From Eledone cirrhosa (lineage: Eukaryota): a stretch of DNA of 64,000 bases. This document shows positions 1 to 14,260 of the stretch, piece after piece. Below the pieces are notes generated by a model. It ran no database searches, had not been told where the DNA came from, and saw only the letters and a list, made by a program, of their open reading frames with translations. Made by a program: the position numbers and the translations under genes. The stretch covers positions 101,122,001 to 101,186,000 of the forward strand of contig OZ024745.1 in NCBI GenBank assembly GCA_964016885.1. The letters run 5' to 3'. How positions within the stretch are numbered: position 1 is the stretch's first letter; each line of letters starts with the position of its first letter.

Positions 1-230
1 CTCCAGTTTTTTCAGCTGTAGAAATGAGATGATAGGGACTAGGGTCCATATCATTCCACTGTAAAGTGGTCGTGGAGGTGCCACAGCAAAAAAAGCACCC
101 AGCATTCACTGTAAATGAGGTTAGTGTTAGGAAGGGCATCCAGCTGTAGAAATCAAGCCAGAATCAGTTCCCGTCCCACCCTTGCAAGCAGGGAAATGTG
201 GACGTAAAATGATGATGATGATGATGATGA
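1..230 (+). mobile_element. SINE-like repeat 3' part with (GAT)n tail; related decayed copies at ~640-900, ~11020-11280 and 13105-13345 (minus)
   Basis: Shared motif ttaggaagggcatccagctgtagaaa...ggacgtaaaa(tga)n recurs at several loci in both orientations. Confidence 0.6.
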
Positions 231-1576
231 TGCTCTGCTGGCTGTGTTTGTAATGTTAGCATGCATCACTGACAGTGAAAAGCTGAGTATAAGAGGAATC
301 AGATGTAGTGTGCAAGCAAAAAAACTTTGTACTGATATGAACATATGATGCCTAAAGAGAGTGGCTGTGGAAAATGAAGACCAAGGAAACATCGGACAAA
401 GTTATGTAGAATGATATCAAGAAACCGAGTCTCATGTTGGAAATGACATAGAGATCATGATTGTTGACTTGCCATGTTAGAAAACATTTGCCCACCAATA
501 CAAGCACAATGATGCTAAATAAATAAGTGGTAAGGGATTGGAGTCCCTTTTTACCTTGCAGTTGGTGGGATAGGTTGACAAACAAAGTCAAAATAGAGTA
601 GAGAATACCTGGTTTGATCAAGAACCTGACAACCTCTCTAGTGCTGGTGCCATGATAAAATACACCCAATACACTTTCTAAAGTGGTAGTATGAGTGCCA
701 TGATAAAAAGCACCCAATACATTCTGTAAAGAGGTAGTGCTGGTGCCATAATAAAATGCCTATATACACTTTTTAAATGATTAGTTTTAGGAAGAGCATC
801 CAATTGTAGAAACCATACCAAAATATGGAAGATATAATCAAGAGGTCGTTTTATCTGAGAATGTCTTATCATTGACCATGATGGCCCTTCCAATACATGT
901 CAGATTGGAAAACATGTAAAATGAGTAAACCAGGCTGTTGCAACCATATATTAGTAATCCAAATAGGTGTCTTTTTCTGAACTCCTTCATAGTGTTTGAA
1001 GTATAAAGATGAGGAATGAATTTAGGTAGATCTGTACCTTCCAATTGTACCTCAAATTTGTCTTTTTATCCTAACTGCTTTTAATGACATTATACAAGAG
1101 TACTTTTAAGTGGTGATTCCACTTGCTAGAAATAGCTACCAAAACTCAAACTACTTTCTTTAGAAAAAAATGAAAAACACATTGGAAAGGGCAGTCCCAG
1201 AAAGATATTATGCATAAAAAAAAGAAATGACCAGAACACTTTTCATCATAGGTCTGCTTGATTACAGCTTACATGGGGCTAAACAACAACAGTAGATCAA
1301 TTCAAAAGACTAGATTTAAACTGATACAATAAATTTTGAACTCATTAGTATTAAATAAAAGAGTACATAAGAATATATTAATGGTATATAACAGGCACAA
1401 AATAACATTTTGGGGTCTTATAAAGTGAAAGTATTTTAAATAATTATATATAATATAAATGCAAGGACAAACTTGACTGAGGCATAATTTGAAGTCAGAA
1501 TATACAAGGACATATATAACTAATTCTCTCAAGAAAATGTTGTCCCTTGAAGAGATTTATAAAGAAACCAGTGCAA

Positions 1577-2481
1577 TCTATATATATAAAACTGTGGTTG
1601 TCTGTCTGTCTATCGATTTTTGGCACACATCTCCTCTTAGAATCTCTCACGGAATTGCACCGAAATTGCTATACTTGTACATTGAGCCCTAGCGAAGACA
1701 TCGGAAAAAAAATATTTCAAATTGACCCACCCTATGTGACGAAATCGAATATAATGTATCGATTTTTTAGCGTAAGTTATCAGTTATTTCCCTTTGTTCT
1801 GTTTACATTGAGCGTCTTACGTAAAAAATTACGCTGGCTTTCTCAGCGTTTAAAATGACATTAACACAATACACGAACAGTTGAACACTAAGCTTCCGTT
1901 TTGCTTCATTTCCATTTAAAATCATTTTAAAACAATATTTTTACTTGAAAACAAGTCTATTTAAAGACTACGTAAAACAAGCAAATATTTCGTCGTTAGG
2001 CGTGCAGACAGACAGTCGTGCAGACAGAGTCGTGCAGAGAGGTGATATACGCGTGCAGACAGATAGTCGTGCAGAGAGGTGATATAGGCGTGCAGACAGA
2101 CAGTTGTGCAGAGAGGTGATATAGGCGTGCAGACAGACAGTCGTGCAGAGAGGTGATATAGGCGTGCAGACAGACATAACTGATAATTTGGTTACGCTAA
2201 TGTTTTTCTCTGCGTTGCAGTGTTTACATTTTCGATCTTTGTTAATAAATAACCAGTGCAGTTTCTATCCCCAGCATCCTCTTTTGTTATAACATTCGGG
2301 TTATCGTTATGTTTTCTTAACTTCATAAGGTATATTGTTGGTTGAGGGAATATTAATCAAAAACACCACATGTAAGTCTGCACAGTAGACACTACAGTTT
2401 TTAAGCCAAGAAAGAAACTTAACATTGTAACTTTAACACAGCTACTGAGCGACCCCGAGCAACGCCGGGCTTTACTGCTAG
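1577..2481 (+). mobile_element. Non-autonomous Helitron
   Basis: Starts TC(tatatataaaa) after an A. Ends with GC-rich hairpin cccgagcaacgccggg then CTAG, followed by T (A|T target, no TSD). Has an internal minisatellite. Confidence 0.8.
1998..2175 (+). repeat. 37-bp minisatellite inside the Helitron (~4.5 units)
   Basis: gcgtgcagacagacagtcgtgcagagaggtgatatag at 2051, 2088, 2125, 2162. Confidence 0.9.
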
Positions 2482-2524
2482 TATAGAATAAATAAATGGA
2501 CTTAAACTTTAACAAATAATATGA

Positions 2525-2982
2525 TCATGGTTTCTAATTTAGGCACAAGGTCAACAATTTCAGAGGAGGAGAAAGTCGATTAAGTCAACCCCAGTGTACT
2601 ACTGGTATTTTACTTTATTGACCCCGTAAAGATGAAAGGTAAAGCTAACTTTGATAGGATTTGAACTGAGAATGTAAAAGGTCATAACTATATGCCACAA
2701 AGCATGTTGTCTGATGCTCTACTGATCCTGCCAATCCACCACCCTAATAACAATGGTTTCTTATATAGGCACAAGGCCAGCAATTTTGGAAAGTCGATTA
2801 AATTGACCCCAGTGTGTGACTGGTACTTTATTTTATCCACCCTTAAGGATGAAAGGCAAAGTTAACCGCGGCAGGATTTGAACTTAGAATGCAAAGGGCC
2901 ATAACTCTATGCAGCAAAGCATGGTGTCTGATGCTCTACCGATACTGCCATTCCACTGATTTCTACACATACACATTATTGA

Positions 2983-3035
<53 letters not shown>

Positions 3036-3160
3036 AAATAATAATTGTTTCTACGTTTGGCACAAGGCCAGCAATTACCCAGTGCAACACTGGTTCTTTA
3101 TTTTATCGACCCCGTAAGGATGAAAGGCAAAGTTAACCTCGGCAGGATTTGAACTCAGAA
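2525..3160 (-). mobile_element. Three adjacent copies of the dominant tRNA-type SINE
   Basis: Repeated ggcacaaggccagcaatt...gaccccgtaaggatgaaaggcaaagttaacctcggcaggatttgaactcag, the reverse complement of the copy at 24743. Confidence 0.85.
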
Positions 3161-5779
3161 TATATTGAAATAATAATAATAATAATTCTCTCTTGTAATT
3201 GAAAATGGTGCTTAACAAGCCAAAAATTTGAATAAACCATATCATAAAGAGAGTTTAATAAATTTTACATAGTATTCAGCTTAACTGGCAGTAATAATTA
3301 GCAAATGGAAAAATATATATATAACAGATTAATTATTTCATATTATTATTATTATTATTATTTACCAAGTCATCTGGCTTTCTAAGAAATGTCATATAAA
3401 ATCAAAATTAAAAAGAAAAAGATTTAATGTAAAATACTGAAGATTTCCATCTGAAATGGTTAGCCTGTAAGATGGACATAAGACAACATACTGGCAAAGA
3501 AAGGCATGCATAGAACTGAAGAATGGCACTGACAGTTCTGACAAGGTTACTTACAAGGAAGTTATCAAGAAAATTAATAAAAACAAAAAGAATGTTAAAT
3601 CCTGTAGTTTTCTCTTTATCATCTGGGAGAAAATCAAGAAATGAGAGTGGAATTTTTGGGAGCAGAGAATTTTAAATAATCACGTTGAAAAAAAACCCTA
3701 AAACAAGTCTTTTAGAGATTGTTCTAGGTGTTAAATCTTATAGTAAGGATCTCAACAACAAACTATGTATAAGCCAAGTCTAATTGGATTAGTCTTGACA
3801 TCTTTCCAACAAGTGGAGCAGGGTTTGTCAGACTCAATATATGGAGCTGTATATGTGGAATAATCCATTTTTTTTTGTTTCAGCTAGAAAGGTTTTAAAA
3901 ATCAAATACTATTGCACTATAACAGACAGTTAAACTTAATTCTTGTAAATGTCACTTACAATTCTAAAACAGATAACTAAATGAATAAAAACTCACTGAG
4001 AAATAAAAACATTTCAACCACAAATTGATATTGAATTTGCTTGGCTTTTAAAAAGATCCTCTATTTTAAGTAAAATTATTTAGTTTAGAATACTGAGGAA
4101 GGGTAGTGATTATATTCTTTATTACTCAGTTAGCTTCATGACAGTATTTGAAGTAAAAAAAAAAAATGAGGCTAAGAGAAATAAAATGTAGTTCAGAATG
4201 AGAATATGCTGTTTGAACAAATACAGTTTTATAAATATTGACTTATTCCAAAATATTAGGTTTTTACATATGCAAATTTTAGTTTGTAAACCAATAAATC
4301 AATCTTTATGAAGGTTCTGTTTACTCTCAGAAGTTTCATTCTACTAGTCATACATATTCTTAACTATAGATAATTGCATTTTTTTTTTATTATATACCTC
4401 TTAGCATTTCTTTATATCTCCAAGCTTATGTTCACTGTTTATGTAAGCAAGTTAACACTGGTCATCTTTAAGAGTTTTCCTCCTATTGGTCTAAAATCTG
4501 CCACTATGGTAATATTTAACCAAAGTAAAATGTAAAAGATATTTACAAAAATAAAAGTCATTTGCCAGTTCCTTGTGAACAACATACATACACAAAATCC
4601 CACTTACTACATATATTAAACTTGCTTTCTTCACTTACCTTTTAAAGCAATCACATATCTTTAACATCGCCTAGCTGACACCTGAGTTTGAGTTTTTGTC
4701 CAATATCTAAACCCAATTTTATTCTCAGCAGCAGCTAATCTGTTGCATAATTCAAGCAGATTTCATTATGGAGAATTATTTCCAAATCATAGGTGGTCCT
4801 TCCAATACCATTCAAGATAATATTAAATTTTGTCACACTGGATAGTGCACTTCATTATTATGTTAATATTTCTGTTTCTACTTATAAAATGTGGTGTTCT
4901 TAAGTAGATAACTTTGTCACACTTCTAGCCAACATTAAAAATCGAAGCATGTAAGGCTATCACTGCAGAGCATACCTAATAAACAAGTTAAACAATGGTT
5001 GGTGCTTTGGTTCTACTGGTATGACTGCTGACCTTTGAAATAGTCACTAACCATGATGATACAGATGTGACCATCCTGCCTTTTTGTTTATATCAAGGAA
5101 TATATTGTTCTATCTATATTTCTTTACTCAATCTTTAGCACACTGTTGGCAACAAATTGCAACAATAGAGTAATCTCTCCTTAATACATAATTCAGTGTC
5201 AAGGGAAGTAATTCATAAAAAAATATAGCGTGGCAAAGGTTAAGATGGTAGAGCAGGATTTGAGAATGATTTGGCTGTTATCTATAGCAGGTCAAATCAG
5301 TATAGACACCTTCATTGGCTCAATATTCATGACAGCTTTGAAGTTAGTTGCTATTATTGATATAAGATAACCAAGAAGACAGCAACACGCCTTTCAATAA
5401 AAATATCTATATTCCAACGAGAAATTTCTGAACTTTGTTGGGTGAGGGATTTATTTTTATCCTTTGATTTAGCTTAATTATCAGGTTTTAGGGTACATTT
5501 AGCAGCATCCACTTTGTTGCAGGTATTCAAACCAGGTCTTAGTGGCCTTGAAAAGTATCATGGGCACTGTTGTTTTCCCCCCATGACAAAATGGTAAAAA
5601 GGGAAAACTATCCAAAGTACCATCATTTTTATGTATGTTTTTCCATGCTTGGGACTTATCTAGTATAGCTTCCTTCCCCTTGTTGTATTTCTTTGTTATT
5701 TCCTCTAATGTTCAGCATTATGAAATCAGTTCTGACCACTTCTGCCCAAATGTTGTTTAACTTCTGCAGCTACCTTCAA

Positions 5780-5990
5780 CTTGGGGTTCCTAGCACATCA
5801 GTTACTGATCATCATCCATATATACCTCATGTCTGCACCAGCATAATCCTCTTTCTTGCACACTACATCTGATTCTTGCACACTAATGTTACACACCCAG
5901 AAGAGTATTCTAGCCTCATTTCTTTCATTCCTTTGTACATCTACATTTAATGTTCATGTCACACCACCATGCAACATCACATTTTCATAT
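5780..5990 (-). mobile_element. Decayed RTE-clade LINE 3' fragment
   Basis: Reverse-complement similarity to the RTE-like fragment at 10050-10450. Confidence 0.45.
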
Positions 5991-6257
5991 AATATACAGA
6001 AGGAAGATAAATTCATTACAAAGATTTCTTGACTGAAAAACAAAGTAAAACAAAATAAAATGGTGTACATCACTGAAGCTGATTTCACAATGTCCTTTAA
6101 GAAATATATCTTAACACAGAGGTTCTCAAATGTTTAAGGCCACTACCCCACTCACAGCCACGTAACACTCTCAGCACCTCCAACCCTATTTCCAGAGAGA
6201 CCTGCCTACATACAAACTAAATAATATATAATAAATAAAATTATTAATTTATATATA

Positions 6258-6625
6258 ATAAATAATTGTTTCTACTTTAGGCATAAGGCCAGCAATTACC
6301 CAGTGCATTACTGGTACTTTATTTTATCGACCCCGTAAGGATGAAAGGCAAAGTCAACCTCAGCGGGATTTGAACTCAGATCGTAAAGGGACGTAACTAT
6401 GCTGGAAAGCATGGCGTCCGACCCTCTACCGATACTGCCAATCCACCACCCTATATATAATAAATAATTGTTTCTACTTTAGGCACAAGGCCAGCAATTA
6501 CCCAGTACATTACTGGTACTTTATTTTATCGACCCCGTAAGGATGAAAGGCAAAGTTAACCTCGGCGGGATTTGAACTCAGACTGTAAAGGGACGTAACT
6601 ATGCTAGAAAGCATGGCGTCCAACA
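6258..6625 (-). mobile_element. Two tandem young SINE copies nested in the hAT MITE
   Basis: Near-identical copies at 6258-6452 and 6456-6625 that retain CpGs and the B-box complement ggatttgaactc. Confidence 0.9.
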
Positions 6626-6658
6626 AATAAATAATATATACTGTGTTTAAATAAATAT

Positions 6659-6830
6659 TACCATATTTCCCGGCGCCAAAGACGCTTCGTCCTTGAGGAC
6701 GCTCCCTAATTTTGACAACTAAAAATTTGAAAAAAAATAATAAACAACCTTCGGCCTCCAGGACGCATGGTAGAATTTTGAGACATATTTTAGGAAAAAA
6801 GTAGCATCTTCAATGCTGGGAAATACACTA
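6659..6830. mobile_element. Small pogo/Tc1-mariner-type MITE nested in the hAT MITE
   Basis: Imperfect TIRs tatttcccggcg / tgctgggaaata, flanked by TA. Confidence 0.55.
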
Positions 6831-9042
6831 TACATTTTTTATTTTACTATATTTATATAAAATATGTATCATTTGATATTTAATATACTATTATATCATC
6901 TCTACCCTCACCCCCACATCACTCCTTTAAGCCCCAGAGCTACCTTGGACTTCTCACCCCCACTCCCTGGAGTGGGGATGACTTTGAGAACCTCTGTTTT
7001 AACACAACTTAACATCTTCATGAATGATATTTCAGAATCCTGTGTAACAACAAACTTATTCCCAGTTGGTTAACTTACCAAGAACAGTAAATAAAAAAAA
7101 ATAGAATAGAATAGAAACAAAAGAAATAAACTGTTGGGTATAGCTGATATAAAAGTTAGAATGTTCTTGCTCTTACCAGTTGATTTGTCACCATAGAAAC
7201 CTTAATGGATAAATGATAAGTTGACTTTTCACACACAAGCCTAAGATTAGCATTTAATAGGATAATATCTCAATTTCTGTGACACCCACCACCAACAGGA
7301 AAGTTAACACTATAATGGTTGGTAATTGCATTCCCTAAGGAAAAGATTTATATTAATCTAAGGAGATAGTGTCATCTGACCAATATTTATATTTTCAACT
7401 TGTGCTCTATAATTTCACCAGAAGGTATTTATTATTATTAATATTAAATATAATGTATTTTACAGATAACTTATAAAGAACCTTAGGACAGTATATTGAA
7501 GCCAATAGCTATCTCTTCAAATTTCTCTTAATCAAATTCTCATATATGAATACTAAAATCTAGCGGCACCGTCTTATGCATAGCAGTGAAACAAAGTGAT
7601 AATTGCAACAGCTATGATATTTAAAATGGACTGTTACGTAGGTACAGCTCTAAATCAGGTGTCTACAGGTTTTTCTTTTCAGTTCAACTTAATAAACTTG
7701 ATATTTCAAGCTTCAAATTGAACAAAACAAGAATCAGTAAATACATTATTTTGTCTCAGATTATCTGTTATGTATAAAGAATCTGCAAGTGTTAAATATG
7801 TAATTTCAAATTTATAAAGGTTAACTTCATTTGTTACTGAAAAATAGAAACTATTTGAAATGTTTACCTAAAAAATACACTATATACCCAAGACATGTTA
7901 CTCAGTAAAAATATACTAAATAATATACAGCAAATAATAAAAAATAAATGACCAATACTAGGCATATATAAATTATATATGAATGAATAGTATTGTTGAT
8001 GCATTTTAAATCAACAACATTGTATTTATTTTCACTCTCAACCTCTATCCTTATCTATTTTTTCTCTTCTGTTCTACAATATGAATTTATGAATGAATGT
8101 TTAACTCCAAATATCTCTTCTCTCATTCAATGTCTTACTTGATCTTGGTTTCTTCTCTCTTTTATGACTGTATGTCTTCATACTCATAAATATTTTCACA
8201 TTTGCTTAAAAATTGAACCAACTTTACATAAGTACCATTATTTATATATTTTATCTTATTCTTATTTTTGTACCTGCAGCCAATTAAAAGCTGTCATTAA
8301 GTGAAATTCATTTCACAAATGTTGCCCCAAGATTAGAGGTGTGAAATTCCAAGTAACGAAATTGCACCTTTAATAAACATATTTTGATATTATACATCCA
8401 GTATCAAGTATTCTCTTTGTTGTTGACATCCTTCATTCATTTTTATCATCATCTCATTTATGCTTCTCTCTCTCCTTCTCACCAGTAAGCATGCAGTTAC
8501 TGTCACTGTCCCTCTCCCATTACTCCATCTTCTATCACTCTCCCACCCTAATAATTCTGTTTGTCCTTCACCACAGTTGTTTTCTGTCATCAACCTCTCT
8601 TCTAGTCACTCTCTTAGTCACATGCATTGAATGTATGGAGATATAGATAAATGCAAATCTATTCTGTAAAGTAGCTGGTGTTAGGAAATGCACCCAGCAC
8701 ACCCTGTAAGAGGGTTGATGATAAGAAGAGCTAGATAGACTCTGAGACAAAAGACAATTTGGGGAAGGAAGATATGGAATTTGAATGAATCCTCAGTATG
8801 TCATAAATTCAGAGAAGTTCTAGTTGGTGCTTATGACAGAACGAAGGAGGATATAGAGTGTAATAAAATAGAAAGAAATTGAGAGTTTCTAGAGAACAAC
8901 TTTCTGAAGGTTATGGACAAAATCTATGGGTGGTGCAATGTCCCAGCAAAATTGTAAGCAACAAGACAGTAGAGTACTTCTATAGATATAACCATATAAG
9001 GATAGGAAATAGGACTGTAAAGACTGGAATAATGAGGACAGC

Positions 9043-9462
9043 TAATAATTGTTTCTACTTTTGGCACAAGGCCAGCAATTACCCAGTGCATTACTGGTAC
9101 TTTATTTTATCGACGCCGTAAGGATGAAAGGCAAAGTTAACCTCGGCAGGATTTGAACTCAGAATGGCAAGGGCCGTAACTCTATGCGTCAAAGCATGGC
9201 GTCCGACTTTCTACTGATACTGCCAATCCAAGACAGCTAATAATGATTTCTACTATAGGCACAAGGCCAATAATTTGAAGGGGAGGGCAAAGTCAATTTT
9301 ATCGACCCCAGTGCTAACTGGTACTTTATTTGATCAACCCCATAAAGATGAAAAGCAAAGCTAACCTCAGTGGGATTTGAAATAAGAATATAAAGTGCTG
9401 TAACTCTATGCCATGAAGCATGGTGTCAGGCACTCTACCAATACTCCCAATTCACTGCCCTA
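9043..9462 (-). mobile_element. Two tandem SINE copies
   Basis: Same family motif as 24743-24930. Confidence 0.85.
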
Positions 9463-10049
9463 GGACAGCTTATAATAATACAAAGTAGTTAAAGATAAGC
9501 TAGGCGTCATTTTAGTTAGGAGAGAAGCAGAAGAGAATCATGGGTGTGAGGTGTTCCTGAATGCAAGATAGTGTGCTATATAAAAATTGAAATGCTGTTG
9601 GGGAGAGGTGCATTGAGAAGGACTGGTTCCCTTACCCGTACTGATGTTGAAAAGGAAGAGGCATTGAAATGCTTTAATGAGAGATTTTTAAATGATAATG
9701 ATTAGGAGAGAAGTACAACTAGCAAAGGGAGGTCAACCATTTAAGTTGACAAAAATGTAATAGATAAGCAGTTAAAAATATATGGTTAGGGAATTAAAGT
9801 TAGCTAACTCTAAAGTTTTGCTAGGTAGAAAAGAAGACTGATACCCTGAAAGAAATGACCTAGCTCAAAGTGAGGAAAAGGTATGGACCCATAACAGATG
9901 TAGTGGCATACCAAGCAGAGTAAAAAGGAAAGTAAACTTCATATGCAGCACATGCACAGGAGCAGTAATCACTGTGAGCATATGAATAATAGATTCTCTC
10001 AAGAAGTAGTTCATAGCTTTTGTTTATAGGTGACCTAATTAGCAATGGA

Positions 10050-10450
10050 GGTGAATGGTCAAAAAATATAACTAGAGTAGGAATAGGTTGGAAAAAGTTC
10101 AAGGAGCTAGTGACTCTGCTAGCAACAAACGATTTCTCTCTCAGAATGAAAGGCAGATTGCATAATGTTTGTGTATGAACTGTGATGTTGCATGGTAACA
10201 GGGTATGTATGAATCTTGAATGCTGAAGGTTTACAAAGACTAGAAGGAAATAAAGCAAGCATGCTCTGATGGATGTGTTGTTAGCGTACATGAAGAACAA
10301 AGCCTGGACACAAGAAAAATTAAATGTAGTGGTGTACAAGGATGCACGGGTACGGGCATGTAATGTGTATAGATGATGACAGCTGTATAATAATGTGTAG
10401 GTCACTCAAAGTTTTAAGTAAAGACAGGAGACAAAATATTGAAGACTGAT
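10050..10450 (+). mobile_element. Decayed RTE-clade LINE 3' fragment
   Basis: Translates as RVGIGWKKFKELVTLLATNDFSLRMKGRLHNVCV*TVMLHG, resembling the RTE post-RT region; contains stops. Confidence 0.65.
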
Positions 10451-13400
10451 CTCAAGATGTGGAGCCTCACAAAAGAGATAAACAACTGCAATGATTGGTG
10501 ACATAGTGCTGAAGAAGACCTATACACTAGAACAAGCATGGTGAAATGAAAATTAAAATGGTGGTAGTAATAAATTCTAGGAGATATATCTGCATTTGGG
10601 CATCTCGTCTAATATGTTTCTTTTACTTCCATTCAGCCAACTCCTATTGATATCCACTCATGTCTATCATTTTCTCTCTCTCTTTCGCTAATTCACTGTA
10701 CCCATTTCTAATACTATCTTTCACTTGCTTTCTTTCTCTCTCTCCCTCTCTCTTATGCCAACAAACATTTTGCTACCATTATTCTCTCTCTTCCAATACC
10801 TCTTCTTTGAAACCCTCTAACGATATGTCTCACTTTACTATCCCCGCCCCGCCCCCCTGCACACCAATCACTGTTTCTCCTATCATACTTTCACTCCCTT
10901 TCCCCATTCATCCTGATTCTTCTGTCATTACTCTCTTTTATTTCAACCTATTCCTCCTGTTACTTTGAATGAATGGAGACAACATAAAACAGTGAATACT
11001 GTTTATTTCAGCATGATACATGGCAACCTCACTAATGCTGATACCATGATAAAATGTACCCACTACATTATGATTCAGTCAGCAATTGAACAAAGACAAC
11101 ATAGAGTTGACATGACTTTTTAGTCCTGACAAGGACATAACTTTTGTAGTTACAATAAAATGCATCCACTATATTCTGCAAAGTGGTTGGCATTAGAAAG
11201 AGCATCTAGCTAGGGAAGCCATTCCACAGACTATAATTCTGAATAAGAACTGACTCACACCATGGAAAACAGGTGTTTAAATTATGCTGGTAGAATTTAA
11301 CTTACATGAATAGGAAAGCATTAATAGTTTTAGAATATAAAGAAGATTAAAATATGTTCACTGTAAAATTAAAAGACAATTGAATATCTTCTCATCAAAA
11401 CTTTGATGCAAATATTAAATATTCTATACATTTTACCAAATACAAAGTACTGAAAATAGCAGCCAAATCTTCTTCAAATCACATACTAAAGACTTAAATA
11501 AGGAAAGAACATGTTAGATGATGTAACATGCAGCTATAAGACAGGAGAGTCACAGTTAGAATACCCTTGATCACAATTTTGTTCTATTAAAGTTAACCTT
11601 AGGCTTAAAAACAATTACTTTCAATTTGTGCTTCTGCCATATTTCTATCCATGACCATCAGTGATATGTTTTCCTGCAAATAATTATGAACTTGAACATA
11701 TGATCAGAAAGCTTCCTCTTCATTTGTTAGATAAAATTCAATTTCCTGTTATTCCTTTGATCATTTCTGATCTGACTAATTAGCAAGCACAGGAAAATAA
11801 AAGTCCAACCATCTGTTAGGTTTCTTGTGAGCATAAACAAAATGACAAATCAATTTAGGAGTCTTGGTGTTATTATCCCACTTTTGCCATAACAAATTCT
11901 ATGTGAAAATTGTGGCAAAGTGAATGAGAAACTATAATAAATTCACTGAACAAGTCTCTCATTTTTATACAATCATGAATGAATGTTACTCCAACCTTGA
12001 CTTCACCTAACATCTAACATGCAAGTCATCATTTGTAAGACATTAATTTCTCACTATCTCCAAACTAATGCCCTTTTAAAAAGCAGAATCTGCACTCAAT
12101 CAAATTCACTTGCCTTATTTTCCATATTTTAACTGGATCTTAGCAACACTAATTTACATTTACTCTTTTTATTTCTTCCATGTTCAATTACTGCCTTTAT
12201 TGCTTTCCAAACTCATTCAACCATTAGCAATTTGATCATTCTTTGCCCCACAATGATAACACTCATCTCAACACTTTCCCACTCTTTCTGAAGTCATCAG
12301 TGTTGATAATTACAATTGCTCCTCTCTCTCACTATCAGTATTCGTTACTCAGAACAGTTCATATTAATTAGTTCCTTAAACTCAGTCTCCATTCTGTCAC
12401 AGTCAGTGTGTCTATAGGATCATCTTGATCCTAGTTTAATAACCATATACTCCACTTCAATATATGACTGCACAACACTTCTAACCAAAGGCTCTTGTAG
12501 TATTTCATATCAGTTAATTGGCAGTAACTCCACAAATTCTTTGTCTACTGTATTATCATTCATAGCAAATGTGCTCCACTCATGACATCTGGGGGGAAAA
12601 TGTTCTTTCAAATAAATTCATAAGAACATCTGATTTATATGAAAAAAGATTTTTCTTTGGGAGTTTATATAGCAGTTTGAATTCTCAATCTTATTCCATT
12701 TGACATATGTGTATGAGAAACTGATTAGAAAATGAAAGCATTGATAGACAGTTAATAAAGAAAAAGGTAGCATAGCCAGTACAGAAGGGTGTGTTGATTA
12801 CAATACTTTTGATGTGAAACATGAACATGAAATAGGTTGAACAAACACGAGCTTACAAAATCACCTGATATATAAACATTGATAAATATTCAAGTAAGAT
12901 GTGATGGATGGGAAAATGTCATGAATTAGTAAATGTAGATATATGCAGCAAAACATTTAGATGTTATTAAACTGAACTATATAGGGGATAGGATCGAAAT
13001 ACATAGAAAGAAAATGTGATGCAGATCTGTTTAATCCCTACCAATATTGAAATAATAATAATGATGAATATGTTGTTTGTACTACAGATTCTTTAGGCAG
13101 TGAAATCATCATCATCATCACTGTTTTACGTCCGTTCTTCCACGCTAGCATGGGTTAGACGGGTTGTCCTGTTGTGGGCAGTGTCTGGTCGGCTGACCAT
13201 GCCTTGCTCATACAGGAACTGATTTGGCTTGATTTCTACAGCTGGATGCGCTTCCTAACACCAACCTCATTTACAGTGAGTGCTGGGTGCTTTTTCGTGG
13301 CGCCTACACGTCCACTTTACAGTGTGGGCTGGGTGCTTTTTTACCGTGGCACCTCCACGACCACCTTGCGGTGGGGGATGTGGGTGCATATTGTCTATAT

Positions 13401-13879
13401 GCTTCAGCTTGTACCCATGGGAGGTCAGGTACTCTGTATTACTGCATGACGCCAGAGGTCACGGTCGTGTGTCATTGCCTTTGAGAGGTGTAATTGGGTA
13501 AGGTCGGCTTTTATCACCTCATCCCAGGTCATCTTGGGTCTCCCTACTCCGCAGAATCATTAGAACATTGGATAGAATACTTTTGGTATTCATTTCTGCT
13601 CTCTAAGTTCAAATCCCAACAAAGTCAACTTTGTCTTTTATCCTTTCGTGGTCGATAAAAAGTACCAGTGTAGTACTGGGGTCGATTCTTCCTCTATATC
13701 TCTTTCTCACTTCCACTCTCTCACTCTATATCCTTCTCTGGAAGGTATCTGCTGTATTCAGACTAGGGGAGGAGAAGGGTTCTGCCAGGTTTAAAAATGC
13801 TCAAGAAACACTGTATGTCAATATGGCATCCCAATGATTCCCTCCGGAGTTACAGAATTAAGAGAGACTACAGATACAT

Positions 13880-14260
13880 TAATAAAATATAAGTAGTCAT
13901 CTACAGGAGTAGTGTAATTGTGCTGATATATCAAGCTTGTTCCTTCCTTAGAGACTGGAGTAATTAGAATATTGGATATTAGTTCTGGTTCTCTGTGGAA
14001 GACGATGAGTGTTCCAGTTGATCCAATCAACAGAACAACCTACTCGTGAAATTAACGTGCAATTGGCTCAGCATTCCACAGACACGCGTACCTTTATTGT
14101 AGTTCTTAGGGAGATTCAGCATGACACAGACACAACTCAATTTTGCCAGTTGAGTGGACTGGAACAATGTGAAATAAAGTGTCTTGCTCAAGGAATCAAA
14201 CTCATGAACTTACTATTGTGAGCCAACTATCCTAACCACAAAGCCACATGCCTTCACTGG
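13880..14260 (-). mobile_element. Second SINE family; another copy at ~55060-55360
   Basis: Shared gtgaaattaacgt.caa.tggct.agcatt...aagtg..ttgct.aagga between the two loci. Confidence 0.65.

Larger units (their letters stand above)
6117..6996. mobile_element. hAT-type MITE with nested insertions
   Basis: 14-bp TIRs cagaggttctcaaa / tttgagaacctctg; 8-bp TSD tcttaaca / ttttaaca (7/8 match). Confidence 0.8.

Noticed and set aside
4630-4900. Minus-strand coding exon ending at AAG|GTAAGT (4638)
   Set aside because: Stops in all frames and no clear acceptor.
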